From positions 104,067 to 168,066 of the forward strand of contig CAIKHN010000004.1 of NCBI GenBank assembly GCA_903827265.1: DNA of 64,000 nucleotides, in the 5' to 3' direction. Origin of the DNA: Candidatus Uhrbacteria bacterium. GTDB lineage: Bacteria > Patescibacteriota > Patescibacteriia > UBA9934. Position numbers and translations under genes: made by a program. The notes under the pieces were generated by a model that was given only the letters and a program-made list of their open reading frames with translations, was not told the DNA's origin and did no database searches. This document shows positions 41,879-50,840 of this stretch, piece by piece; the stretch's first letter is position 1, and each line of letters starts with the position of its first letter.

Positions 41879-42808
41879 TCAAGCGTCGGGGCTCTTCTTG
41901 CCATGAAACTTTGAATACACCCGCTTTAATTCCTTATCGGTAATGTGGGTGTACACCTGCGTCGTCGTGATCGACTCGTGACCGAGGAGCGACTGGACTG
42001 ATCGAATATCGGCGCCGTTGCGGAGGAGATCTGTCGCGAACGTGTGGCGAAGCGTGTGCGGAGTAACAGCTTTGGTGATTCCGGCCATACGCGCGTACCG
42101 ATCGACAATGCGTTGAACCGATCGTGGCGTAAGCGGAGCAGGGGATTCAACATTGTGACGAGCACGATCGTGACGAACGAAAAGATATTCCGAGACATCA
42201 TGACGCTTGTCGAGATACGCCTTTAGCGCGCGTTTCGCGTCGTCGGCGAGGAATACAACGCGGTGTTTACTGCCTTTTCCCTTCACCGTGAACTCCTCGC
42301 GTTTCAAATTCACTTGATCGATGCGGAGTCCGGCGCATTCTGAGACTCGAAGTCCGGTCGAAAACAGCAACTCGAGAATCGCCTTGTCGCGCAACCCAAC
42401 CAACGAATCATCGCCCTCTGGACCAGTAAGAAAACGCTGCAATTCCTCGGGTTCTAGGAACGTCACGTGCCGTGAACCCTGCTTTGCAAGTTCGATTTTA
42501 TCAGCTGACAATGTCTTGATGTCGCGCTTTGCCAAATACTTTAAAAAGGCTCGCAAAGCGATAAGGTGATAATTTTGTGTGTTCTTTTGCAACGACTCCT
42601 CATCACGTCCCGCAATTTCGCGATTCAAATACAAACGATACTTTCGTACCATTTCCAGTTCGATTTCCCCCGGATTCGGCCATTTCGCCCATTCCGCGAA
42701 TCGGTGCAGGTAAAACGCGTAATTCTTTGTGGTTTTATCGCTCCGCCCTCGTTCAATCTCAAGATACTCACAAAATTCTCGCACCAAATCCTTCAATGCC
42801 TTTGCCAT
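41879..42808 (-). CDS. site-specific tyrosine recombinase (XerC/XerD-like)
   Basis: It has an N-terminal SAM-like domain and the catalytic signature ...LRHTFATDLLRNGADIRSVQSLLGHESITTTQVYTHI. The start was set at the ATG at 42808. Confidence 0.85.
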   Translation of the reverse strand: MAKALKDLVREFCEYLEIERGRSDKTTKNYAFYLHRFAEWAKWPNPGEIELEMVRKYRLYLNREIAGRDEESLQKNTQNYHLIALRAFLKYLAKRDIKTLSADKIELAKQGSRHVTFLEPEELQRFLTGPEGDDSLVGLRDKAILELLFSTGLRVSECAGLRIDQVNLKREEFTVKGKGSKHRVVFLADDAKRALKAYLDKRHDVSEYLFVRHDRARHNVESPAPLTPRSVQRIVDRYARMAGITKAVTPHTLRHTFATDLLRNGADIRSVQSLLGHESITTTQVYTHITDKELKRVYSKFHGKKSPDA

Positions 42809-43079
42809 ATTCAACAAGTATATCAAATTTTTGCGACACATGGATCCAGAGAAACTGAGTTAGCGAGAAACCTGGTTTCTCAAAATGGGTCCCTAGAGCC
42901 GTAAGAAAATTCTTATAATAGCCTGTTTCATTGACAAAAACACCAAAACGTGGCACACTAATGCCACACCAAGGAGGACCATGAAGGTCCAGAACTTCAG
43001 TCGTTTCTATCAGTAAGACCAGGTCACCGGCGCCGATGTTGCCGGGGAATGATCCTCGGCAACGCAGCAACCCTCAACT

Positions 43080-43123
43080 GACCGGCCGGAGCCTCGAAAC
43101 TCCGAGCCGGTCGTCTCTTTTTT
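43080..43123 (+). terminator. terminator/attenuator hairpin (GACCGGC(C)GGAG...CTCCGAGCCGGTC followed by T6) upstream of rpsO
   Basis: A 12-bp stem with one bulge is followed by tctcttttttcg. Confidence 0.5.
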
Positions 43124-43245
43124 CGCCAACATATTGACCTTTTTCCCCCTTTCATCTACACTTCTCCCCGTTAATATCCTCCGTTTTTCGTGGTTTCGGG
43201 GTTCAGCTCCCGTTACTCCGATGATCGGCTAAATTTTTCAAGACT

Positions 43246-43512
43246 ATGCTGGACAAGTCCTCAAAGGAAAAGCTCATTAAAAAGTTCCGAACCCATGATT
43301 CGGACACCGGCTCACCACAAGTGCAGATCGCCATTTTGTCTGCCGAAGTGAAGGAGCTCACCAAGCACCTCAAAACCCACCGCAAGGACTTTAGCTCCCG
43401 CCGCGGTTTGGTGAAGAAGGTCGCAGAACGCCGACGTTTGCTGAAGTACTTGGAGCGCGAAAACGCTACCGCGTACGCAGAACTCATCGAAGCGCTTGGT
43501 TTGAAGAAGTAA
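43246..43512 (+). CDS. rpsO: 30S ribosomal protein S15
   Basis: The 88-aa ORF reads DTGSPQVQIAILSAEVKELTKHLKTHRKDFSSRRGL. Confidence 0.95.
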   Translation: MLDKSSKEKLIKKFRTHDSDTGSPQVQIAILSAEVKELTKHLKTHRKDFSSRRGLVKKVAERRRLLKYLERENATAYAELIEALGLKK

Positions 43513-43604
43513 CACAACATCCCACGTTCTCGCATCGTGATACGATGCTGAGCGTGGGATTTTCACTATTTATCCGCGGCCCATTTTTTCCGCCGCATAT
43601 CACT

Positions 43605-44408
43605 ATGGCTCTTATCGACACATCTACCCGCCGCGTCGGCGTGTTCATCGACGTTCAGAACATGTATTACAGTGCGCGCAACATTTACGGTGCAAAGGTC
43701 AACTTCGGCGCTATCGTCAAAGCCGCCGTCGGCAATCAAAAGCTCATCCGTGCAATCGCATATACGATCTCAACGAAGACTGGAGAAGAGCGTCCGTTCT
43801 TCGAAGCGCTCCAGGCGATGGGCATCGAACTCAATACCAAAGAACTTCTTGAATACGATAGCGGACACAAAAAAGGAGACTGGGACGTGGGTATTACCAT
43901 CGACGTCGTTCGCATGCTCGACATGGTGGACGTTGTCGTGATGGTTTCTGGCGACGGTGACTACTGCGCACTCGCCGACTACGTGAAGAGCCGCGGTCGC
44001 ATTTTCCATGTTGTCTCGTTCCGTGAATCAACATCAAGCAAGCTCGTCGAGGTCGCTGATATTTACACCAACCTTTCACAGGACAAAAAAGCCTTCCTCA
44101 TTGGCGGAAGTAACAATCATCGTCCGCCACAGCATCACCTTTCGTCATCGACCGACACCTTCGATGACGTCATTGCAGAACAAGTCGCAAACAAAGCAAT
44201 CGAAGTCCCAAAGAAGGAAATCGCAGAGCGCGTACATCCAAAACAAGCAAATATTCTCACCACTCCTGCGGCTACCGCAGTCCCTATTGCCCCGATTCGC
44301 TTCAATAAAAAACCCGAAGCGCCAGCACAGAACAAACCACAGGGCCGCGGCCGCCCACGAAAGCCCCGACAAAATCCAAACGTTCCACAGCTTCCCATGA
44401 ATGCGTAG
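43605..44408 (+). CDS. NYN (LabA-like) domain protein with a basic, low-complexity C-terminal tail
   Basis: The NYN core VGVFIDVQNMYY...VVMVSGDGDYCALADYVKSRG is followed by a Pro/Lys/Arg-rich tail (GRGRPRKPR). The start was set at the ATG at 43605. Confidence 0.7.
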   Translation: MALIDTSTRRVGVFIDVQNMYYSARNIYGAKVNFGAIVKAAVGNQKLIRAIAYTISTKTGEERPFFEALQAMGIELNTKELLEYDSGHKKGDWDVGITIDVVRMLDMVDVVVMVSGDGDYCALADYVKSRGRIFHVVSFRESTSSKLVEVADIYTNLSQDKKAFLIGGSNNHRPPQHHLSSSTDTFDDVIAEQVANKAIEVPKKEIAERVHPKQANILTTPAATAVPIAPIRFNKKPEAPAQNKPQGRGRPRKPRQNPNVPQLPMNA

Positions 44409-44546
44409 TTACTGTGGTCGAGGAGAAATCCTCGACCACGCAGATCACTCATTCATAATCATCGAGTTCCGGCATTGGACAGCGAGCACTTCATCGCCAT
44501 GGCGCGATCGAGTTCTTTTGTCTATTGCCGATCTCAAATTCTCACT

Positions 44547-46736
44547 ATGGAAACGCCAACATTTCAGATGGAATTCGGAGGAAAGACTTTGAAGGTTCAA
44601 GTCGGAAAGTATGCACGCGCCGCAAACGGCAGCTGTACGGTGCAGTACGGAAACACCGTTGTTCTCGCAACAGCGGTCATGAGTAAAGAAGCTCGTCCAG
44701 GAATGGGATATTTCCCACTCATGGTCGATTTCGAGGAAAAGCTCTACGCCGCTGGTCGCATTAAAGGATCACGATTCATTAAGCGCGAAGGCCGCCCAAC
44801 AGACGAAGCCGTTCTCGTCGCCCGATTCATCGATCGCGCAATTCGTCCGTTGTTTGATACGCGCATCGAGAACGATGTTCAGGTGATTCTTTCTGTCCTC
44901 GCATTCGACGGCGAGAACGACGCTGACATTCCAGCGCTCATTGGCGCATCACTCGCCTTGCATATTTCTGACATTCCATGGAATGGCCCTATTGCTGCGG
45001 CTCGCGTGAACGACGCTGATGGCAAGCTCATCATCAACGGAACATACGCACAACGCGAAGTAGCGACATTTAACGTGGATGTTGCCGGTACACCCGAAAA
45101 GCTCATCATGATGGAAGCAGACGCCATGCAAACACCGGAAGCGGATGTTCTCGCGGCTATTCAGTTCGGTCAGGAGTCACTTAGCCCAGTCATCGCATTC
45201 ATCGAAAAAATTCGCTCTGAAATTGGTAAAGAGAAAATCGATCTCTTCACGCCAAAGAACGACGAACAGAAAGCTGCGATCACACGAAAGATCGAAATTA
45301 CCGAACGCGCAAACGCCATCATGAAGCCGCTTATGCAGGAGCTGTTCCTTGATGCACCAAAAGCGACAAAGACCGAGCGCGCGGTGGCAAAAGACACCAT
45401 GAAGAAGCGTTTGGTTGAAGCGTGTAAGGCCGAAGGAATGGAAGATGCCGATATCGCGATCGCAAAGAGTGCATTGTACCCATTCATCGATTCAGAAATT
45501 ACCCGGTTGATTCTGGACGACGGAAAGCGCGTCGATGGTCGCGCAATCAACGAGGTCCGAACGATCGTTTCTGAAGTTGGCGTCCTGCCATGCGTCCACG
45601 GTAGCGGTCACTTTATGCGCGGCGAAACACAAGTGCTTTCTATCGCAACCCTCGGCGCCCCCGGAGACAAGCAGACGCTCGACGGCATGGAATTGGTTGG
45701 CGAGAAGAGCTTTATGCATCACTACAACTTCCCACCATTCTCCGTGGGTGAAGCAAAGCCCCTTCGTGGTGCTGGTCGTCGTGAAATTGGTCACGGCGCG
45801 CTTGCGGAAAAAGCTATCGAGCCAGTACTGCCAAAGCTCGAAGACTTCCCATATTCCATTCGCGTCGTTTCCGAAGTACTCGGATCGAACGGATCGAGCT
45901 CAATGGGCTCAACGTGCGGAACAAGCTTGGCGCTTATGGATGCCGGTGTACCAATTACCGCACCAGTTGCTGGCGTAGCAATGGGACTCGCAAGCGATGG
46001 CAAGCGATACCGCGTTATTACCGACCTTCAAGACCTTGAAGACGGCGAAGGCGGTATGGACTTCAAAGTTACCGGAACAGAAAAGGGAATTACCGCTATT
46101 CAGCTCGACACCAAAACCGATGGACTTCCTCGCGAAGTTGTTGTTGAGGCAATTACTGGCGCTCGCGTTGCCCGATTACAGATTCTGGAAGTCATGAAGA
46201 ATGCAATCGCAACTCCTCGTGCCGAGCTCTCACCAACAGCGCCTCGAATCTTGAAACTTCGTATTAATCCAGAACTCATTCGCGTCGTTATCGGCAGTGG
46301 TGGAAAAACCATCAATGAAATTATCGCAAAAACGGGCGTCACCGCGATCGATATCGAAGACGACGGCCTCGTCATGATCACCGCAGTAAACGGCGAAAGC
46401 GGAAAGGCGGCATTTGATTGGGTCACAAACCTCACGCGTGAAGTGAAGGCCGGCGAGACATTCGACGGGGAAGTTGTTCGCCTTATGGACTTTGGTGCCT
46501 TCGTCCAGATTCTTCCAGGAAAGGACGGAATGGTGCACGTGTCTGAACTTGCTCCATGGCGTGTCGACAAAGTGACCGACATCGTAAGTGTTGGCGACAA
46601 AGTGAAAGTTGTCGTTATCGAAATCGACGAGAAAGGCCGCATCAATCTTTCCATGAAAAAAGCTGAAGGCAACGTGTATACTGACGAAATGCGCGCAAAG
46701 GCATCAACCGCAGCACCAAAGCCACGCAGCAACTAA
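44547..46736 (+). CDS. pnp: polynucleotide phosphorylase
   Basis: It has two RNase PH domains, a KH domain and an S1 domain (GAFVQILPGKDGMVHVSEL). The start was set at the ATG at 44547. Confidence 0.95.
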   Translation: METPTFQMEFGGKTLKVQVGKYARAANGSCTVQYGNTVVLATAVMSKEARPGMGYFPLMVDFEEKLYAAGRIKGSRFIKREGRPTDEAVLVARFIDRAIRPLFDTRIENDVQVILSVLAFDGENDADIPALIGASLALHISDIPWNGPIAAARVNDADGKLIINGTYAQREVATFNVDVAGTPEKLIMMEADAMQTPEADVLAAIQFGQESLSPVIAFIEKIRSEIGKEKIDLFTPKNDEQKAAITRKIEITERANAIMKPLMQELFLDAPKATKTERAVAKDTMKKRLVEACKAEGMEDADIAIAKSALYPFIDSEITRLILDDGKRVDGRAINEVRTIVSEVGVLPCVHGSGHFMRGETQVLSIATLGAPGDKQTLDGMELVGEKSFMHHYNFPPFSVGEAKPLRGAGRREIGHGALAEKAIEPVLPKLEDFPYSIRVVSEVLGSNGSSSMGSTCGTSLALMDAGVPITAPVAGVAMGLASDGKRYRVITDLQDLEDGEGGMDFKVTGTEKGITAIQLDTKTDGLPREVVVEAITGARVARLQILEVMKNAIATPRAELSPTAPRILKLRINPELIRVVIGSGGKTINEIIAKTGVTAIDIEDDGLVMITAVNGESGKAAFDWVTNLTREVKAGETFDGEVVRLMDFGAFVQILPGKDGMVHVSELAPWRVDKVTDIVSVGDKVKVVVIEIDEKGRINLSMKKAEGNVYTDEMRAKASTAAPKPRSN

Positions 46737-46739
46737 GCC

Positions 46740-47984
46740 ATGGACCACGCACTCAACATCCCCATGAACATAAGTCCCACCCGCCAGAATATCTGGCGGG
46801 TGTTGCGCGTTGCTGGAATCATTCTTGCCGCATGGAGCATTGTGACCGGATTTCATCGGCTCGCATTTGCGTTCAGCGCCGTCGTTCCACCGAATAACAC
46901 CGTCGCCATCAGAATCACGAAGAACGACCAAACAATCGCAAATCTTCGATCACTCGCAAAAGGAATGAACGTCGTTCCCGGCATTCCGATTTCGCTCGCC
47001 GACGCATTGAACGCCACTAATCACACACTGAATATTTGGTTTGCCGATGATGGCACAGTCACGATGATTTTTGATAAACCTTTTGATGATCGCAAAAGTG
47101 GCGGACTCGATTCTATTGCACCAGGGGAAATCTTTAGCGACTACAAACAAAATATTACGGTCATTTCAAATAACCCAGCGCTGGCACCCATACAAAAAAG
47201 CATTCTCAAAAACATCCTTCCAACCATATTTTCTGGAGATTCTGCAACACTAACACTCGGCGACGATCGAACAGACGTCTCAATCACGTCGGAAGCAATC
47301 ACTCTCCACGGCACCGCATTTCTTGCCGCGCCAAATATCGACGAGCCCGTCACGCAATCAACGCGGTTCAGTGCAGATATTTCTGCATCAGACATTTCCA
47401 CACTTGCTCATCGTACATTTACCCAAAACACACCAGGCTTTGCATCACTTCTTTTTCTCGCAGGGCGCAACGGCATTTCCGCACGCATCGATGATGTCGA
47501 CGAGATACTGGCGTACACATTTTCCATACCCTTAACATCAGAAACGGAAACGCTGGTGAACGAAGCGATGCTCCGCTCCATCGCAAAAGAACTCGTCGAA
47601 GTCCCAACGATTGAAGGAATCACAACGTTTCTTGATGACGGAAGCAAATCATTAACGCTCCGCTCACGAGAAGAGGCGAGTGTCGTTGTTCGAGACGACG
47701 CGCCGTATCGATTCGTTACTGCAACGACGTCACATGGCACTGCATACATCACGCAAACTCCAACGCTCCTCACGGTGAGTAATCATGTTCAGAACACAAA
47801 TACTCCTCAGGCCCAATTTCCCACTTGTCTTTCCGGAACCATCGCGTTTGCTCAGCCCCGGAAACTCTTTTCTGTATTAAATATACAAACGTTTTACCAA
47901 CCTTCGCTGCTCTCAAATCTCTTGTGGCGTGCAGACGAAATTGCGAGCACGCTTTCTGAAACGCGCATCTGCAGCGCTCCATAA
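46740..47984 (+). CDS. hypothetical membrane-anchored protein (414 aa), probably cotranscribed with pnp
   Basis: It has an N-terminal TM helix (IWRVLRVAGIILAAWSIVTGF) and no recognisable domain. It begins 3 nt after the pnp stop. Confidence 0.5.
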   Translation: MDHALNIPMNISPTRQNIWRVLRVAGIILAAWSIVTGFHRLAFAFSAVVPPNNTVAIRITKNDQTIANLRSLAKGMNVVPGIPISLADALNATNHTLNIWFADDGTVTMIFDKPFDDRKSGGLDSIAPGEIFSDYKQNITVISNNPALAPIQKSILKNILPTIFSGDSATLTLGDDRTDVSITSEAITLHGTAFLAAPNIDEPVTQSTRFSADISASDISTLAHRTFTQNTPGFASLLFLAGRNGISARIDDVDEILAYTFSIPLTSETETLVNEAMLRSIAKELVEVPTIEGITTFLDDGSKSLTLRSREEASVVVRDDAPYRFVTATTSHGTAYITQTPTLLTVSNHVQNTNTPQAQFPTCLSGTIAFAQPRKLFSVLNIQTFYQPSLLSNLLWRADEIASTLSETRICSAP

Positions 47985-48431
47985 TTTTGTGGTATAGTTT
48001 TTAGAGTTCCTTCTACAATTCCTTTGCCACTTGGGAGGTTGTTTCCCAAAACCCCACAAACTCGTTTTGAGAAACGCCTCACTGCTGTACGGAGTGAAAA
48101 AGCATTAGGGCGTCCATGGATTGAAACAGGAATGTACACCGAAACCATGCCAGCCCACACTTCAGTAGAGCAGATTCGCATACTGGAATACTCGTCGCAC
48201 ACTGTTCGTGTGGTATTGCGTTCTCGTGATCACCTTCTTGGTAACCACAAGAACCCAATGCCGCATCATAGCGGCGTCTCGTCGATCTATTCCCTCGAGG
48301 GCGTGCCCGGGACGAAACTCTGCACAAATGCACTGTTCACAGCCCGAAGGACGCCCTCTTGCTATTTCCAAGCGATTTCTCTATCCTCAATAGAACCAAG
48401 CGCTTCGCTGTAGAGGCTAGAAATTCTTCGT

Positions 48432-48800
48432 ATGAAAAAAACATTCGTTACTGAAATGGAGACACGCCTTCGCGCAGAACGCGAAAAAATTGTCGCAGAA
48501 CTTACACGAGTCTCTCCTCGCGTTATTGCAGGCGACGCATTTGACGCCGACTACAACACCCTCGGCGACAAAGAAGACGAGAGCGCCGACAAAGCGGCAG
48601 AAATCGGAGACAACCTCTCATTGGAAAATGAACTGTCCTCCGCACTCCGTGACATTGATAGCGCGCTCAAGGCTATTGCAAACGAAACATACGGAACATG
48701 TAAATACTGCAAGCAGCTTATTGATGAAGCGCGCCTGCAAATTCGACCAACGTCAACATCGTGCGTTGCATGTAAAAAAACACTCACTCAAGAAATGTAA
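48432..48800 (+). CDS. DksA/TraR-family C4 zinc-finger protein
   Basis: It has a coiled-coil N-terminus and a C-terminal CKYC...CVAC zinc finger. Confidence 0.7.
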   Translation: MKKTFVTEMETRLRAEREKIVAELTRVSPRVIAGDAFDADYNTLGDKEDESADKAAEIGDNLSLENELSSALRDIDSALKAIANETYGTCKYCKQLIDEARLQIRPTSTSCVACKKTLTQEM

Positions 48801-48823
48801 CCATCGCATCGAGCTTCGGCTCG

Positions 48824-49381
48824 ATGTTTGGTTTTATGCGAAAGGAAATCTTTCTCGCCGGAACAATCGGAATCTGTATTCTTGGCCTCGTTGACTGGAT
48901 ACTGAAGCGCCTTGCAATCGAACACCTCGCAGAAGGTCGCTCTATACATCTCCTTCCATTTGTCGACATCTTTCTCCACCAAAATCTGGGAATTACGTTT
49001 GATATTCCAATTCCGATCTCGATGATTGCGATTGCCACAATCGGCATACTCCTTTTCCTCATCGATCGCGCATCGATCACATACACCATCGATCCCGGCA
49101 CAACACTTGGCGCAATCGCCGTTATCGTCGGAGCCTCAAACAATCTCGTCGATCGAGTCATGAATGGTTTTACGACCGACTACCTGATGTTCTTTCACAC
49201 ATCAATCATCAATGGATCCGATGCACTGATTCTTCTAGGCGTTGCATGCATTTTCTGGTACACTCGAAACAATCCCCACGCGCTGCGCAATTTTATTCAG
49301 CCGTCCCCGCCACATTATGGCGTCGTTTCGCGTTTGTTCCGCAGCATTGTTCGGCCTTTCCGCAACTCCAGTCACCGTTGA
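48824..49381 (+). CDS. lspA: lipoprotein signal peptidase II
   Basis: It has four TM helices with the conserved blocks GASNNLVDRV and FTTDYLMF. Its extended C-terminus overlaps the next gene by about 64 nt. Confidence 0.8.
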   Translation: MFGFMRKEIFLAGTIGICILGLVDWILKRLAIEHLAEGRSIHLLPFVDIFLHQNLGITFDIPIPISMIAIATIGILLFLIDRASITYTIDPGTTLGAIAVIVGASNNLVDRVMNGFTTDYLMFFHTSIINGSDALILLGVACIFWYTRNNPHALRNFIQPSPPHYGVVSRLFRSIVRPFRNSSHR

Positions 49382-50840
49382 AGCAGATGTATCCTCAGGC
49401 CTTCCGCGTTTTCAGATCGTCGGCCTTCCTGACGCCGCCGTCAGCGAAGCGCGCGACCGTGTTCGTGCAGCAATGAAAAATTCCGGGTTTCCGTTCCCTC
49501 GAACACATGTCACGATCAATCTCGCTCCCGCTGACACTCGAAAACAAGGGCCACTGTATGACCTCGCCATTGCGCTCGCGATTCTTGGAGCGCAAGGCAC
49601 ACTGACAAAAACAGACGTCCTTCATCAATACGTCGTTATTGGCGAACTCAGTCTCGACGGAAGTCTTCGCCCCGCACGAGGAGTTCTCCTCGCTGCATCA
49701 ATGACAAAACGTGAGGGGTATTCTGGCGTCCTTGTTGCAAACGAAAACATCGACGAAGCGCGGCTTGTCGAGAGCGTAGGCGTCGCCTCGGCAACATCGC
49801 TCAAAGATTGCGTAGAGCAAATTGAATCGGGTTCCTGGAGGCCAATTTCACCGTCGCCAACGCCCGACGCATTGGAAAGCGACGGATTTGCACAGAGCGA
49901 CGACTTTGCGCTCGTCGCCGGGCAATCACACGCAAAGCGCGCACTAGAAATTGCCGCGGCAGGCGGCCACAATATTCTTCTTTCAGGCCCGCCAGGAAGC
50001 GGAAAGACTATGCTCGCGCGAGCGTTCGCGACGCTGCTTCCGCCGCCAACCATCGACGAATCCATTGAGATAACCTCAATCCATTCCATTGCCGGGCTTC
50101 TTCGCGGGAAGCGCATTACGCATCGTCCGTTCCGATCTCCGCACCACACAAGCAGTGGAATCGCTCTTGTTGGTGGGGGCGCGCAGCCTCGACCAGGAGA
50201 AATTTCTCTTGCGCATCGTGGAGTGCTCTTTCTTGATGAATTTCCAGAGTTCTCCCGCGCTGTTCTTGAGAATCTCCGCCAACCGCTTGAAGACGGCACA
50301 ATCTCCGTTTCACGCGCCGCGGGAAGCATCTCGTTCCCAGCACGATTCATGCTCGTCGCATCAATGAACCCTTGTCCATGCGGATTTGTCAGCGATCCAG
50401 GGATTGCCTGCACCTGCACGCCGGGGATCATCTTAAAGTATCAGCAAAAGATCTCGGGGCCACTGCTCGATAGAATCGATCTCCGTGTTGAAGTTCCTCG
50501 CGTGGCGTTTGATGATCTTACGTCCAATGCGCCAAGCGAGTCGTCGGCAGCAGTTCGTGAGCGCGTGACCGCCGTACGACAACTGACGCAAACGCGTTAC
50601 ACAACATCAGGAACGCTCACGAATGCAGAACTCCGTCCGGCGCAAATGAAAACCTGGTGCAAACTCACAGACGACGGTGTAGCCCTCCTCAAATCCGCAG
50701 TTGATCGGCTCCACATGTCAGCACGATCGTACGGGCGAATTCTCAAAGTCGCACGAACAATTGCCGACCTCGCAAAAGAAGAGCATATCTCTGCCGCACA
50801 TCTTGCCGAAGCACTACAATACCGAATTCGAAACGCTTAG
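49317..50840 (+). CDS. Mg-chelatase-like AAA+ ATPase YifB/ComM
   Basis: It has an N-terminal Lon-protease-like domain, the Walker A box GPPGSGKT and a ChlI-like C-terminus. The start was set at MASFRV (49317). Confidence 0.88.
   Translation: MASFRVCSAALFGLSATPVTVEADVSSGLPRFQIVGLPDAAVSEARDRVRAAMKNSGFPFPRTHVTINLAPADTRKQGPLYDLAIALAILGAQGTLTKTDVLHQYVVIGELSLDGSLRPARGVLLAASMTKREGYSGVLVANENIDEARLVESVGVASATSLKDCVEQIESGSWRPISPSPTPDALESDGFAQSDDFALVAGQSHAKRALEIAAAGGHNILLSGPPGSGKTMLARAFATLLPPPTIDESIEITSIHSIAGLLRGKRITHRPFRSPHHTSSGIALVGGGAQPRPGEISLAHRGVLFLDEFPEFSRAVLENLRQPLEDGTISVSRAAGSISFPARFMLVASMNPCPCGFVSDPGIACTCTPGIILKYQQKISGPLLDRIDLRVEVPRVAFDDLTSNAPSESSAAVRERVTAVRQLTQTRYTTSGTLTNAELRPAQMKTWCKLTDDGVALLKSAVDRLHMSARSYGRILKVARTIADLAKEEHISAAHLAEALQYRIRNA

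Noticed and set aside
41879-42808. Phage integrase as part of a complete prophage
   Set aside because: The flanking genes on the far side (rpsO, the NYN gene, pnp) are core, and no phage structural genes occur anywhere in the window. An XerC/XerD-type chromosomal recombinase is at least as likely.
47985-48431. RNase P RNA, tmRNA or SRP RNA identity for the ORF-free segment
   Set aside because: The P4 strands (AGGAAAGUCCGGGC / ACAGNANCCGGCUUA), the tRNA-like GGUUCGAAUCC...CCA end and the SRP GGAAGCAGC motif were looked for by eye and not found. Only a generic ncRNA candidacy is retained.
49625-50431. 268-aa minus-strand ORF
   Set aside because: It is antisense to comM/yifB.
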